Below are positions 37,303 to 50,230 of a stretch of DNA of 64,000 bases, piece after piece. A program made the position numbers and the translations under genes. A model generated the notes under the pieces. It ran no database searches and had not been told where the DNA came from. It saw nothing but the letters and a program-made list of their open reading frames with translations. Source of the DNA: Mobula hypostoma (lineage: Eukaryota). The stretch's first letter is position 1, and each line of letters opens with the position of its first letter. The stretch is taken from positions 33,170,001 through 33,234,000 of the forward strand of contig NC_086109.1 of the NCBI RefSeq assembly GCF_963921235.1. Direction: 5' to 3'.

Positions 37303-38062
37303 AGAAGATACAGTAGTTTGACAAAACCTGGTAAAGCTCTTTAAGACTTTTCGTCATCTAAGGATTTCAACTGACGTGCAAAGGAAATGACTTATTACAC
37401 TCTTTGAGATAGTTTCAATGATTACGATTACATTTATTCCGAAGGAAAGTGCTTGATTTTTGTTTATATTCCCAACATAGTAAAGCTTTAACATAACCAA
37501 ACCTGAGTCTAACAAGCTGGATCAAACAAATAGTTTGCCATGTGAAAATACATTAAACATTAATATTTTGAACCTGCCAATATTTAATATGGGAATTGCT
37601 TAGTTCATTCATCTGAAATGCAGTTCTGCTGCTGACATTATTTGGATGCTGATTATAACACCTATTACAAAAGTGGTGATATTATAATATTGATTGTTAT
37701 ATCAAAGTATTAACAAACAACAAATGCACATGTAACAATTTAAAAGGCAATCACCTGGGAATTCTTAGCTTTAGTCATTTACACGATAAAGTCTCTACAA
37801 AGCTGTTCCCTGCAATTTTGAATCCGGTTAATCGTCGCCAAGGAAAATAATCCAGTTTCTTTTTTAAAAAAAAGCATTCATCTGATCAGCATTTGCATTA
37901 CAAGGAATAGCTACAACCATTAGAACAAAAACTTCAAAAGTAGCAACCACACAAATATTGCGCTGTCATTGTTAACTCAATATTTGGAAATAAAAATTGA
38001 TGAAAAGTTTAAGTTTATAACAGATTAATAATAATAATAATGACAGGTGAACATACATTATT

Positions 38063-38223
38063 TTCTTTCTCCCCTTGCTTTGCAGTCCTGATGAAGGGTC
38101 TTGGCCCGAAACGTTGACTGTTTTGGCATCATTTCCATGGATGCTGCCTGACCTGCTGAGTTCCTCAAGCATTCTGTGTGTGTTGCTTTGGATTTCCAAC
38201 ATCTGCAGATTTTCTCGTGTTTA
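38063..38223 (+). mobile_element. Short Penelope-type retroelement with a hammerhead core
   Basis: 15-bp flanking direct repeat tgaacatacattatt (38048-38062) / tgaatatacattatt (38224-38238); body shared with several other copies in the window. Confidence 0.8.
38082..38121 (+). ncRNA. Minimal type I hammerhead ribozyme motif
   Basis: gCAGTC-CTGATGA-A-GGG tcttgg CCC-GAAA-CGTT^GACTGt: stem I CAGTC/GACTG, conserved core boxes, stem II, palindromic ACGT helix III. Predicted cleavage after 38115. Confidence 0.7.
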
Positions 38224-40174
38224 TGAATATACATTATTACCTTGATTTGTCAAAAGTTATTTTTTAATACTTTCAGATAATTATCATCCTGTACATCACT
38301 GATTTTAATAGTCGGAGTCAATTTTTAAGTGCCATAATTTTATTTACTTTTAGCCTGAAACTCCTTTTGTCGCATTGATCTACTCAACGTCACAAAAGGC
38401 ACTTCACTCTTATGGACATCTCACTATCCAAAGTGGCAGATTTACCTTCAGGGAACAAACACACAATAGAACGCACAAATAATCTACCAATAACACCAGA
38501 TATCTTAAATAAAGAAACGAGTGAAATACTCTTGGCAATTTACGTTACAGTTGAAATCAAAAGTAAAAGTTGTAGCCCTTAATTTTGCAATTTGACTGTT
38601 ATTTTACAGACTGAACTGAGCAATAATAATACACAGAATTTGCTTCATTCGATGTTATTCAATTACCTGAGCAGTTCAGAATGTATTTATTATTTAGAAT
38701 GTTTTCTTCACTACAGATTGGGGTTCAATATTCACAAAGGTGTCAATACTCAACCAGATGTCATCCTGTTTCCATCATCGTTATCTATTTGCTCATATGC
38801 ACATTAAGCACTTTGGAGTCATATAATCTGCATATAAATACAAAACTGTTCATCTGCTTGATTTTCACCATAACTATTTGCCAGTAGCAAAATATTAATT
38901 TAGTCCCATACACATACAGATGGATCCCAGCAACATGGAAGTAAAATGTGAGCAATTCCTTTTAACACAATAAATGGCTACAATATAGCCCTTCATAGAC
39001 TAAGTACCGGCAGTAAACAATTGTGTAAAGAACAAGAGGTAACAACAGTTGTTATTTAAAATATAAATTTGGAAGAAAGTTTTTGGGGGCGTCGGGGAGA
39101 GAGCATGGCTGTGTATCCACAATTGTTGGACTGTAAGGCTAGAAATGACATTCGTACTCTAATGAAGTCACTGCTCCCATAAGGCAACAGTGGAACTATC
39201 ATAATGGTCTGGAATTAAACCAGCAATCCAACAGCAGCTGCATAAGAATGTTTCTCTGCCAATCTTAAAACTTCTAATTAGAGTAATACCGTAGGATAGC
39301 TCAGCAGCTTCTTTAGTGCTTCATTATTTCTTTGAAAGCATGCAGTAGTGTGTTCTGGTTCACAACAGAGAACACTATTTCAACCCAGTGACTGGCAGAG
39401 AAGTACTATTGACTCAAAACTGGTCACACTTCAAAGCATTCGCTGTGATCATTCCTAACATGGACACAGTGGCTCAGAAATGGTGCAGGAACATTGCATA
39501 TAATCTCAATGAGCAGATGGGATAGATTTGGGAAAAATGTACCCCTGATTCCCATAAAACAGCCAGTGTATGATTCTGAAGCCAGAATATTCTCAAAGTT
39601 GTTTATTAATTCCCAATTTTACCATTGAAAAGCCCAGATCTCTGATATATGCAACATATGTTCAAAGGCATTAACACCTCCATTGTAGATCGAGACATTG
39701 TAAGTTATTGCAATTGAAACCTGCACCAAATTCACATCCAAAGAGTGACCTTTTTAGTTGGATTTGATCTTTTCTGCATTGGCAGCATTACTTAAAAAAA
39801 AAGCTTATTTAGGCAAAAGAATAAGTATGTGGATTTGTACAATAGGGGGTATAAAAAAAAAGATGCTGGCAATCTGATCCATAGCACATAGAAATTGAAA
39901 ATGGGGGTAAGAGTGCACTGTTCAGCTCTGCCATTCCATACAACCATGACTAATCATCAATTCTAGTAATGTGTTCCTACTGTCTTCCTATATTCTTTGA
40001 TAACTTTGCACCTCAAAGTTTATCTGTCTGTTTTTAATATATATTCAGCAGCTTAAATTTCTACAGCTCTCCCTAGTGGTTAGTTTCGTACTCTGAATGA
40101 AGAAATTTCTCTTCATCTTACTGAACAAAATTGTCCCTATCCTTTGTGGATAATATTCTTCCTTGCTCTTTGAA

Positions 40175-40655
40175 TCAGAATAGGAATCAAGTTTATTATC
40201 ACTAACATACGTTGCAAAATTTGTTATTTTTTCACAGCAGTACAGTTCAAGACATTCGAAGTTACTATAAGTCACAATACAAATAAATAAATAGTGCAAG
40301 AGAGGAATAGTGAGGTAGTGTTGATGGGTTCAGAAATCTGATGGGAGAAAGGAAGAAGCTGATCCTAAAACATGGAGTTGTGTATCTTCAGGCCCCTAAA
40401 CTCCCTTCCTTGATGATAGCAATGAGAAGAGGCATGTTCCAGGTGGTGATGGTCTTCAAAGATAGATGCTGCCTTCTTGAGGCACTGTATTTTGAAGCTG
40501 TTCTTGACAGTGGGGAGGCTTGAGCCCATGATAGAGCTAGCTACGTTGACAACTCTCAGCAACTTCTTTCCATCCTATTCATTGGAGCCTCCATACAGGC
40601 AATGATGCAACCAGTCAGAATGCTCTCCATTGTGCATCTGTAAAAAATTTGCTTT
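40175..40655 (-). mobile_element. Rex/Babar-type LINE 3' fragment
   Basis: LRVVNVASSIMG...CLKKAASIFEDHHHL. Confidence 0.7.
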
Positions 40656-41599
40656 GATAAATACGGTAAAGTATGCATTATCTTTGATAAATTTTGCTAT
40701 TTAGCTATAGCTTGAGTGACTGACGTGTTGAAAATATAAATAAACCATCATTTTATCTTGTAAAAACAGATGATGACCTAATCTCACACAGTGCTCATAT
40801 ACAGTCAATACAAATCCCAGCAATCTAGAAAAATTTTGGCTATGCTCCTTGCACTATGGTACCACATATAACATAAATTCCCACCGTCTCCTTACTTTTT
40901 AATGCATCAAGTTCAAAAACAGAGTTTCACTTTGGCATTTTTCTTTGACCTTGGTCCACACTACCCATGTAGGATTCATCCACACAATGGATTTGCACAC
41001 ATCTTTCACTTTTTGAACTCTGTTTTGATAGAGCTTTTGTTCTATCAAAAAGTATAGGATTTTCTAACAGTGCATGCTTGTTTTCTGAAATTCTTTATTC
41101 TATTTTCTTTGCTTCATTTGTTAGTTTTTGCAGGTGTGGGTATTGCTGGCAAGACCAGCATCTATTGCCCAGCTTTATTTACCCTCGAGCATGGCGGTGA
41201 GTCTCCATTTAGAACCACAGCTGTCCATTGAGTAAAATGTGATCCCACAGTACTGTTGGAAATGGAGTTCATGGGATTAGACTTAATTTACTAAGAGCAA
41301 TTTTTGTAATACAACAAATTAGCAAACAAAATGCTTAGTTAAATAAATTTTAAGCGGCGTTGAATGAAGCTAAAGAATTACCCAGCCGGCAGAAATTTGG
41401 CAAAATGTTCCAAATTATAAGGATATGCTATGAGTGAAGGTTGGTCTTCAAGAGTACAGCAATGGTTAAAGGAGGCATACAAACATACCGCTGAGACTGA
41501 TCTGCCATTAGTAAGGTCATTTAGGGATAAACGAGTAAAGAGTTTGTCTTCAAAAGGACAGCAGTTGTTAGCGTAGACACGTGAACATATCTTTGAGCC

Positions 41600-42900
41600 T
41601 GATCTGTCATTCAATAAGGCTACGGCTGCTCAGTCTGTGGACTCAGCTCCTCCTACATGCCTTTTCCCCATAGCCATTAATCCTCTTGCTATGCAAATAT
41701 CTGCCTAATTGCATCTTAAATATGTTTAACGAAGTAGCCTCTACCTCTTCCCTGGACAGAGAATTCCACAGATTCATTACTCTCTGGTTTCTCCTTATGT
41801 CCCTCCTAAATCTATTTCCCCAAATCTTGAGGCTATGTCCCCTGGTAGTTCTAGTCTCACTTACCAATGGAAACAACTTTATTGCCTCTATTTTCTCTGT
41901 CCCTTTCATAATTTTATACGTTTCCCATTCTTCTGAATTTCCACAAGTATAGTCCCAGAGGACCCAATCTCTCTTTATAGGCTAACCTCCTCATCTTCAG
42001 TATCAACCTGGTCAACTTCCTCTGCGCTGCCTCCAAAAGTCCATGTATCTTTGCTCAAGTAAGGAGACTAGAAGGGCATGCAGTACTCTAAGTGCTACCT
42101 CACCAGTACCCTGTAGAGTTGCTAACAATCCATTTACCTTCATGACAACCTATTGCATCTGCAAAGCAATCTTCTGTGATTCATACACAAATATTCCTAA
42201 GCTTGCTGCAACCTTTCACCATTTCAATTATAATCTGATCTTCCAGTTTTCTCTCCAATGTAGATGACCTCACATTTACTAACATTGTACTTCATCTGCC
42301 AGATCCTTGTCCACTCACTTAGCCTATCTATATTTCTCTGCGCACTCTCAGTATCCTCTGCAGAGTTTGCTTCTCCACTCAAATTAGTGTCATTAGCAAA
42401 TTTAGATATGTTACGTTTGGTCCCCTCTTCCAAATTGTTAATGTATATCACGAACAGTTGCGGCAACACACATGAAGTGCTGGAGGAACTCAGCGGGCCA
42501 GGCAACATCTATGGAAAAGAGTAAACAGTTTATGCTTTGGGTCAAGACCCTTCAATCCTGATTAGGGGTCTTGGCTTGAAACCTTGACTGTTTACTCTTT
42601 TCCATAGATCCTGCCCGGCCTGCTGAGTTCCTCCAGCATTTTGTGTGTGTGTTGCTTGGATTTTCAGCACCTACAGGCTTTCTTGCGTATGAACAGTTGT
42701 GGGCCCAGCACCGACCACTGTGGCATTCTGCTAACCACTAACTGCCAATAGAGAAACATCCGTTAATTCCAACTCTCTGTCTTCTATTGGTTAACAATCT
42801 TCTATCCATAGTAATACATTAACCCAACTTTATACATCCTTTTCTTAAACAGGATCTTTCCTTCATGAATCAATGCAGAGTCTGCCTGACGGAACCACTT
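41600..42900 (-). mobile_element. CR1 LINE 3' fragment
   Basis: LFVIYINNLEEG...SKFANDT; TRGHSLKI...RVMNLWNSL. Confidence 0.85.
42464..42690. mobile_element. Inverted (head-to-head) pair of the hammerhead-bearing element, inserted in CR1
   Basis: Minus-strand copy at about 42464-42553 and plus-strand copy at about 42556-42690; flanking direct repeat gaacagttgcgg (42452-42463) / gaacagttgtgg (42691-42702). Confidence 0.8.
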
Positions 42901-45574
42901 CTATCCAGACAAGGATTAATTTGTCATGACAGGTATGATGGCAATAGTGGAGTCAGTGTACTCAGAGTTTATGGAGAACCCTGAAAGCAAGTCTGTGGAG
43001 ATAAGAGATAGTGCACTGATAAGAGACATGTTGCATTGTTCCAGCAACAATATAGAAATAAGAAAGTATTTCCAAATCAGGATTATCTTTGACATTGGCA
43101 AGATCTTGCAGGTTGTGATGCTTCCATATGCCTATTGGTCTTGACTTTCTTTGTGTAGAGGCCTAGGTTTCTCAGTTAATGTCGGAGGAGCTTAAGTGAG
43201 TAATTGCAGTGCACTTTGTACAGAGTACACAATGCAACCACGGTGCATATTTGGAGGAGAAATTGAATGTTTTGAATGGGGAACAAGATGCCAATTGAGT
43301 AACTTTTTTTGCCCCGGACATTAAATTTCTTAAGTACTGAAGCAACTACACTCATTCAGCGATGTGGGGAGCAGAACATCACACTCCTGGTAGAAGTCAA
43401 AGATGGTAGAAAAACTTCAAGGTGTCAGGAGCGAAATCACCTCTCTGCAACGAATTCTAATCTTCCTCTCAACCCTAAACTACTGTCCCAACTTTACTAT
43501 TCCTTTGTTTTTTCAAGACCTGATGTCTGGAATGCTCTGGGAGCGGAGGTGGCAAAATGTAATGCAATTACTCTGTTTAGGAGGCATGTCAAGAAACATG
43601 TAAATAAGCAAGACGTAGAAGGATATGGGCATGTGGGATGGGATTAGTACAGATGGGCAGAAAGATTGACAAGGACATTGTGGGCAAAGGATACATTTCT
43701 GTTTTATAAAACCCTATGATCAACTTTATTCACATTAAATAAACAACAAAATATCAAATATGATCGTTTTTATCCTGTGAAGATGAATGACTAGTCATTG
43801 TCATTATTGTTTTCTCAAATAATATATAGCCAATTGAATCCCAATGAATTGGATCACTTGTGATCTGGTTTAGTTTACAAGCAGTTGGAAGTATATAGTC
43901 AACTGAACTAGCTTTACCCAAGTTCACTTGCAGAAGAAGTAATAGCAGGCCACATTTATGGGTAATGACCTTTGAAGACCATATGGTTTAGTGGTATCTT
44001 TATCTACTAAGGAGATTCACATTAGTCCTTCTAAACAGGATTTGATTTAAAGCCGAGATGAGATCTAATCAATAATAAATGTCATCAGTCACTGTCAGTA
44101 ATACCAAGGCCAACACTGTTCACCTAAAGCAAACTTCAACAATGGCAAAAATTTGATACTTATGTTAAAATTTATTAATTGCAGCATCTAACACAAGAAA
44201 GGATATCTCAAAGAGATTTACAAAAGATTTATTGGACTCCTAATTTGAAGCAGGAAAGATGGAGGTGACTAATGAATTGCATGGTTAAAGAGATTTAAGA
44301 GGCTTTGAATGAAGCCAAAGAATTAACTAACCAGCATAATTTAGGCAGAGTGTATGACAAATTATATAGGGGTATGACTGAAGAGCTGGCCTTCAGGAAT
44401 ACAGAAATGGGTCTAGAAGAAAAGTAATAATTAGTCATTATAGGTGCAAATACTGATAGTGGAGGCAGTATATCTGGAGGAATTTGAAAGCAAGAATGAG
44501 AAAATACTGAGATGCTTAAGGACGGGGAACAAGACAGGAAGCACAGATAAGAATCCTAGGGAATGGTAACTTAAACACATTGATTCTAAGAGTGAGAAAA
44601 GAAGTGAAATATTTAAATCTGCTTTGAACTATTATTCGTTATTTCACTGGCATGAAAAATATTCGGAAACCACTTTGCGAATTACTTCTAATAAATATGC
44701 CAAAAAAGGTTGTTAAAATGGTTGTTAATTTTTTTCTAGAAACAGGGAATAACTTGATGTCATAACTTATGATGATAGTGTCCTGTGAAATGCCCTTGGA
44801 TCTATTAAAAAATAAGAAGAAAATTTTGTTGTCTTGCTTCGTCCTATCTCAGAAATCTTCCTTAACTTCTCACAACAGTTCTTAATTTCCTGGTTTCTTT
44901 ATCTGCTTCGTAACAAATTCAGTACTCAGATACTTTAAACTTTTGATCACTTCTTACAAAATATGGGATCAGTCTATTGAGAATAAGTGAAAATTACTGA
45001 CATTCAACTCAAGGCAGTCTTTCAAACCTGACCAAACACTTTCTCTGTGGTACTTTTCCCATACTCATCCCTTCCCAACCAATTGATCCACATTAGTCCA
45101 TAGCCTCCTAGGAAAGGCAAGGAAGAAATAAAGGAATTCAAATACTGGAAATTACTCAACCCTGTCAACTGATCAAAAATCAGAGTAGGTTATCAGACTG
45201 AGCTTGTTTACTATGTGTGAATCCATTTCCTTAGGAAATAAAAACAAATGTGCCAGAAATACTCAGGAGGTCAGGTAGTGTCTGTGCAGAGAGAAACAGA
45301 ATCAATGGCCTTTCATCAAAATTGAAATTCAGAAAAAAACATGTTTAAAGTTGCAGAGAAAGGGGAGTGATGGAAAGAGCAAAGGAAATGTCTGAAGAAC
45401 AAGAGAAAATGAATGACATGTGGTGTTGGTACCAGCTTAAAGATGGAGGTGAACACAATTGTGTTGCTGCATATCTGTTCTCACCTCTGCTTCTTCCATT
45501 CAAGCATGAGGATTCTTTGTCCCCATTTTCCACTCCACCATCCATACAGTTAATGAATGCCATCTCCTTTCCTA

Positions 45575-46820
45575 CATCTTAGAATAGTACAGAACAGCCT
45601 GTGCCAATCTTACCTAAACCTCATCTGCCTGCCATGGTTCATATCCCTCCATTCCTTGCCTGTTCATACCTCTTAACTGTTGCTACATATCCACTTCTAC
45701 CATCTTCCATGATACTATAGCATTGTCCAGGATCTGTCTTAAAAACCCGCCTCACAAGTTTCCTTCAAACTATACGTATGCCATCTCACATTTGACATTT
45801 CAACCATGGGGGGAAAAAAAACTGATTATTGCCCAGTAGTTCAGAAACTTCTATTAGTTACCAACTCAACCTCCAACTGTCTAGGGAAAGTAATCCAAAA
45901 TTGCACAATCACTCCTTATAGCTAAAATGCACCAATCCAAGAACCTCTTCTGCATCCTTGCCATTCACAACCCCACCAATTTTGTATCATCTGCAAACTT
46001 ACTAATTAAACCCACTTAATGTTTTCATTCAAATCATTAATACATATTACAAACAACTGAGGGAACTGCTCCGATCCTTGAATAACACCACTTACCACAG
46101 AAAAATGCACCTCTACTTCAATACCCTATCTTCTATAACAAGCCAATTTTGGATCCAATTTACTAAGTCACTGTGAAACCCATGTGACCTAATCATCTGA
46201 CCAGTCTATCGTGAGACACCTTGTCAAATGTTCTACTGAAGTCCAATTGGATAATATCCACTGCCTTACTCTCATCTATCTTCATAACTTTCTCATGAAG
46301 CTCAATCAAATTTGCAAGACAGAGCATCCCCATTCTCCTAACTCCTTTCAGTAGCTCAAATGGATAGTGACCTGCACAATTTCCATCAAACAACTGCTAC
46401 TTCCCTTCCCAAGGCACTTTCCCAGGTACTTGCTGGACTTCAGAAAAATGAGGATCTCATTGAAACGTATCGAACATTCGAAGACTTAGATTGAGTGGAT
46501 GTTTTCTATAGTGGGGGAGTCTAGATCATAGGACCCAGCCTCAGAGTAGAAGGACGCCCCTTTAGAACAAAGATGAGGAGGAATTTCTTTAGCCAGAGAG
46601 TGGTGAAGCTGTGGAATTCATTTCCACAGGCAGCTATCGAGACAAAGTTATTGGGTATACTTACAGTGGAGGTTGATAATTTTTTGATTAGTAAGAGTGT
46701 CAAAAGTTATGGGGAGAAGGCAGAAGAATGGGGTTGAGAGAAATAATAAATCAACCATGATCAAATGGGGAGCAGACTTGATGAGCCAAATGGCCCACTT
46801 CTGCTCCTATTGTGTTATGG
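45575..46820. mobile_element. Two CR1 fragments (minus, about 45575-46340; plus, about 46435-46820)
   Basis: DESKAVDIIQLDFSRTFDKVSHDRLV on the minus strand; ttctttagccagagagtggtgaagctgtggaattca on the plus strand. Confidence 0.75.
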
Positions 46821-49514
46821 ATTTAAGGAAATAACAAGTGATAAAACCACTGTTCTTCTCACCATCCTCTCCCAAAACACTCATTTCAGATGAAACATTA
46901 ATACACTTGCATTTCTTCCAGTTTATTTTATGGCATTCAGTGCTCCACTGAGGTTGCCTCTACCTTGGAGAGTCCCAGTGCTGACTGGGTGGCTGCTTTG
47001 CTGTACACTTAATACAATTTGTAAGGATGACCCTAAGCTTCTTGTTGCCTGTCAAGTTAGTTCTTCATCTGTCTCTCACTCTGACATTTCTTTTTGGCTT
47101 CAGCACTGCTCTAATGAAGCCCAATGCATCTCATCTCCCATAAAAGCATGTTATAGCATTCAAGATATAACACAGAATTTAACTGCTGCAAATAACCAGT
47201 CTTTCCAGGTTATGTCACAATTCTGATTTTAGGTAATGATGTAAGGTAAGTTATAATGCTAAATCATATTTTCTCTCTCTATGGATGCTACCTGACCTGT
47301 TGGGTATTTCTATCATTTCCAGTTATTTCATATTTCCAGTGTTGGGAATATACCAGGTATTGCTTTCTTTTTCCTGCTCCTCTGTTATTGACTCCCCTCT
47401 ATTTACATCTCTTCTAGACAAATCAATTGCAACTAACAAACCTTTACCTCACATGACCGGAACAGACAAATGCTACTGTATCTATGTCATTCTATCTCTC
47501 TGGATCCTCTTTACGGGGTTCCTTTTGTTCTCTTTACCCCTTCATTTATTCTGCAACTTTAAACATACTGGCTTCCTCAATTTTCCAAATTCTGGTTACT
47601 ATACGCTGGAACCTTTCATCAAGCAAGACATTGGTTCCAACTTTCAGATTCCTCCATGGACTAAAGTGATTGTCTTTGAAATTACTCTGTCTAGATTCTC
47701 ATCTATCTCCATTCAGGAGATTGGAGATAACACCACAATAATGGGCCAGATTTCAAACAACAATGAGACAGAGTACAAGAAGGAGACAGAGAGTCTAGTG
47801 GAGTGGTATTCAGACAACAATCTTTCCCTCAATCATTGATTTCAGAAAATGCTGTGGAAGACACCACCTCTCTTTATCAATGTCACTAATGTAGAGGTAG
47901 TTGAGAGCTTCAAGTTCCTAGGTATAATCTAGCCAGTTTAACCGGTCTAACCAGTTGCCTGCTACAGCACTTCATTTTTCCTGCAAATTTAAACGTGCTT
48001 GTTTCTTAATTTTTCTCATATCTCATCTAACTTGAAATATTAATTCTTCTTCTCTCTCTGCAGATACAGCTGGATTTGCTGTGTATTTACAGCATTTCCA
48101 ATTTTAGTTTCAGATTTCCAGTATCTTCAACCTTTTGCTGTTTATTTAGCTTCTATGTTACATGATCATTGCCCCAGTCAGGAAACAGTTTGGATTTTCA
48201 AAATGCGAAGTGAGTTAAAGCATATATTCAAAAATCTCCAGAAGCCTAGTTGTTGAATTATTTAACCTCTTTCATCCGTGAATTCTTTCATATCATCCTC
48301 AAAGTCCAGCTTTCAAAAGTGGTAGTGCTGTAATCCTGTGAAATCTGCTACCACTCACATTATTGCTCATTCTATCATTACTTTTAAGTTAGGTGACCCA
48401 TGCTACTGTGCGGAAGAGCAGGGCAGATGGAGCATTGGGCATAAGTAAAGATGAGGTGCCAGACCAATGATGGTCCAAAAAGATATCTCATCCACAAATT
48501 TCCTGTTGACGTGGCAATATGCAGTACGTTGGCCTTACAAATGGCATCCACATTTGTGGATGAATAAATAAAACAAAAAGTATTGATGAATTGCACTACA
48601 AATACAAATTTTGTTGTAACTAATATATATATATAATTCCTCACTTTAATTAAAAAGGAACATGTCTTCAATTGTTCTTACTTGACAAAAACAAGCAAAA
48701 CTAGTTTGTCTGATGTACATGTAAGTTACACATTTATGTAATATTATTAAGCAATCATTAATTACAACAACAGGCTATTGTTTATCATAAGTAAAATATT
48801 GAACACCAGGTGCAAAAGTAGCTCAAAGTAAAGGCTTTACCTTTTTATTTTGTTCCACCAGGACCATGATAAGATTCTGGGCAGATTTCCAGATGATCCA
48901 TAGTAGGAGACTATCAGCCTGTGGATGAAGTGGTCAGATTTGGATCAATATTCTGACAAAGTTTAAGAGTTAAGCTCTATATTGTATTGTGATGTGATGT
49001 GGGAGGCAAAGGATTATTATTACTTAACACTATGTCTCAAGATAGCCTGACATCTGTATGTAAAAGACAAATACAAAAAAATGCTTTGGAGACCATGTAA
49101 TGGTTTTTATGGCAGTTCAAGATTTAGTCACAATTAAACTACAACATTATTATGGTAATGTTGATTGTGTTAAGGGTGTTATAGGAAGTTGTTAACAAAT
49201 ACCTGAAATTCATAATTTAACCAATTAGCAGATACCATAAGAATCATACTAAAATTCTCAATGTGATCAAACTTTGATTAGCTCGAAATAATTATCGCTG
49301 CTCACTCATATAAATAGTATACAGTATGAAATAATCCAGGATTACTTATTTAATTATTTAATAGTGATGTAGTTTCAGTCTGCTTAGATTAAGTTCTACC
49401 TAATAAGAGCTGACAATATGATTTATAACCTTTTCAACTGGTTTCTTTGCCAACAAACAAGCCATTGGTCCCTGAGGTAAATACATTTCATAGAGTCTAT
49501 TCTTGTGTACTTGA

Positions 49515-50230
49515 AGGATCTGGAAATACAGATACAAAATTCCCTAAAAGTGTCGTCACAGGTAGATAGGGTCGTAAAGAGAGCTTTTGGTACATGGGCC
49601 TTTATTAATCGAAGTATTGAGTATAAGAGCTGGAATGTTATGATGAGGTTTGTATAAGGCATTGGTGAGGCCGAATCTGGAGTATTGGGTTCAGTTTTGG
49701 TCACCAAATTACAGGAAGTATATAAATAAGGTTGAAAGAGTGCAGAGAAGGTTTACAAGGATGTTGCCGGGACTTGAGAAACTCAGTTACAGAGAAGGGT
49801 TGAATAGGTTAGGACTTTATTCCCTGGAGCGTAGAAGAATGAGGGGAGATTTGATAGAGGTATATAAAATTATGATGGGTATAGATAGAGTGAATGCAAG
49901 CAGGCTTTTTCCACTGAGGCAAGGGGAGAAAAAAACCAGAGGACATGGGTTAAGGGTGAGGGGGGAAAAGTTTAAAGGGAACATTAGGGGGGGCTTCTTC
50001 ACACAGAGAGTGGTGGGAGTATGGAATGAGCTGCCAGACGAGGTGGTAAATGCGGGTTCTTTTTTAACATTTAAGAATAAATTGGACAGATACATGGATG
50101 GGAGGTGTATGGAGGGATATGGTCCGTGTGCAGGTCAGTGGGACTAGGCAGAAAATGGTTCGGCACAGCCAAGAAGGGCCAAAGGGCCTGTTTCTGTGTT
50201 GTAGTTTCTATGGTTTCTATGGTTCTATGG
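49515..50230 (+). mobile_element. Relatively young CR1 3' end
   Basis: 165-aa open C-terminal ORF2 fragment (49650-50147) and a (ttctatgg)n tail. Confidence 0.92.

Noticed and set aside
41378-41614. Possible exon in non-repeat-looking sequence
   Set aside because: No recognisable homology and no paired splice signals; cannot be supported without a search.
47285-47839. 184-aa ORF
   Set aside because: Chance read-through across an old short element and a Rex RT fragment (IGDNTTIMGQISNNNETEY).
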